From positions 52,452,001 to 52,516,000 of the forward strand of contig OZ241826.1 of assembly GCA_965202585.1 (NCBI GenBank): DNA of 64,000 bases, read 5' to 3'. Of the stretch, positions 63,019 to 64,000 are shown in pieces (the first letter of the stretch is position 1; each line of letters opens with the position of its first letter). The position numbers and the translations under genes were made by a program. A model generated the notes under the pieces. That model was not told the origin of the DNA and searched no databases. It was given only the letters and a program-made list of their open reading frames with translations. The stretch is from Thalia democratica (Eukaryota).

Positions 63019-63776
63019 ATAAGTATATTATAATTTAATCAACTAATCAGATATCTCATACCGTAATTTTGGAATAAATTTCTTATGATACAATAATAAG
63101 CAAAAATACCTTATAAAAATTAAAGTTGAATATTTTGTAAAAAATTTACTTTTGAAAATAAAAACTTGATAAATCACACCTACTAAACATCCATAAACTG
63201 TTACAACTAAAATAAATTATAATCTTAGCCTACCTTAGATTGAGTATAATTTTTCACTAAATTATACTTAGTTTACTTAATGTTTATAATTAAGCGCGAT
63301 TTTAGCCCACTGTGTACAAAAAGTGTAAGTAAGCCGTAAGCTCTAATTAGAATAATAAGCATGTACTTATTAAACTTCAAAAACTCTCATAATAGATTTT
63401 AAAGTTACTGAAATAGTTATACTAACAAATTTTTTTATAGTTATTAAGTGGCTATTAAGTAGTTAAGATTTATATAACTTAACTACATCTTTTTTTTACA
63501 TACTTATAAAAGTATATAAATTTATAGAAGCTTAAAAAAACATTTTTTTATTTTGTTTAAGTTGTATAGTTTTCACACTGTGCTGCAAACTATTAAGATG
63601 TACACAAAATATTTTTGTTCGTAACTATTTATTTCAAACAGTAGTACTACATAAGTATAAACGAATATACTAAACTTAAACAAAAGTAGCATAAATGTTT
63701 TTTATTTTACTCTAGGGACTCTAGATTTTTTCATTTTACTCAGTAATTTCTCGTCGTTTTAATATACAGTAACCTC

Positions 63777-63850
63777 TCGCTTATTTACACACATTGTGTC
63801 CACAGAAAAAGTGCGTAAGGATATGAGAGATCGTAAAGAAACGAGAGGTA
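63777..63850. mobile_element. Short/truncated Tc1-pogo-type MITE
   Basis: ta|cagtaacctctcg start and a partial inverted end cgagaggta. Confidence 0.45.
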
Positions 63851-64000
63851 CCAAATATATTCACTATAATGGCTGTTTTTTAATACTGCTTATAGTTAAA
63901 AGCAGACTGGGCACTTTCCCACTTTTAACTATTTGATTACTCCATTTATAAATATGAAAACAACAGATAAAACAATACATATATTAAAAAAAGGATTTGA

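Overview
This is very AT-rich, intron-containing eukaryotic (animal) genomic DNA, not prokaryotic. I infer an invertebrate chordate, probably an ascidian, from intron style, the orphan 7TM gene and the MITE content; this was not verified by search. Manual splicing (GT-AG junctions, all phases consistent) gives five genes. (1) A complete 6-exon TSPAN3-like tetraspanin on the minus strand (265 aa). (2) A complete 5-exon mitochondrial m5C methyltransferase NSUN4 (437 aa). (3) A complete 18-exon, 1054-aa secreted protein: signal peptide, five Ig-like domains, a polyacidic N/D/E/Q octapeptide repeat, a Tyr/acidic tract and an unrecognised Cys-containing C-terminal domain. (4) An intronless 336-aa orphan 7TM receptor-like gene on the minus strand. 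(5) The 5' part of an ANKRD42-like ankyrin gene with an RFX X-box-like motif. Between and within these genes are many DNA-transposon derivatives with readable TIRs and TSDs: a 5.3-kb nested hAT element with a Spin/Buster-type transposase relic, two copies of a 1.4-kb foldback/MULE-like element (9-bp TSD), hAT MITEs (8-bp TSD) and Tc1/pogo MITEs (TA). A decayed acidic ORF of unknown origin lies at about 19.8-21.6 kb. The most novel-looking items are the Ig/polyanion secreted protein, the orphan 7TM gene, and an unpaired splice acceptor exactly 18 nt upstream of the ATG in three unrelated genes. Most short ORFs in the supplied track are noise. No rRNA, intact tRNA or CRISPR array was seen.
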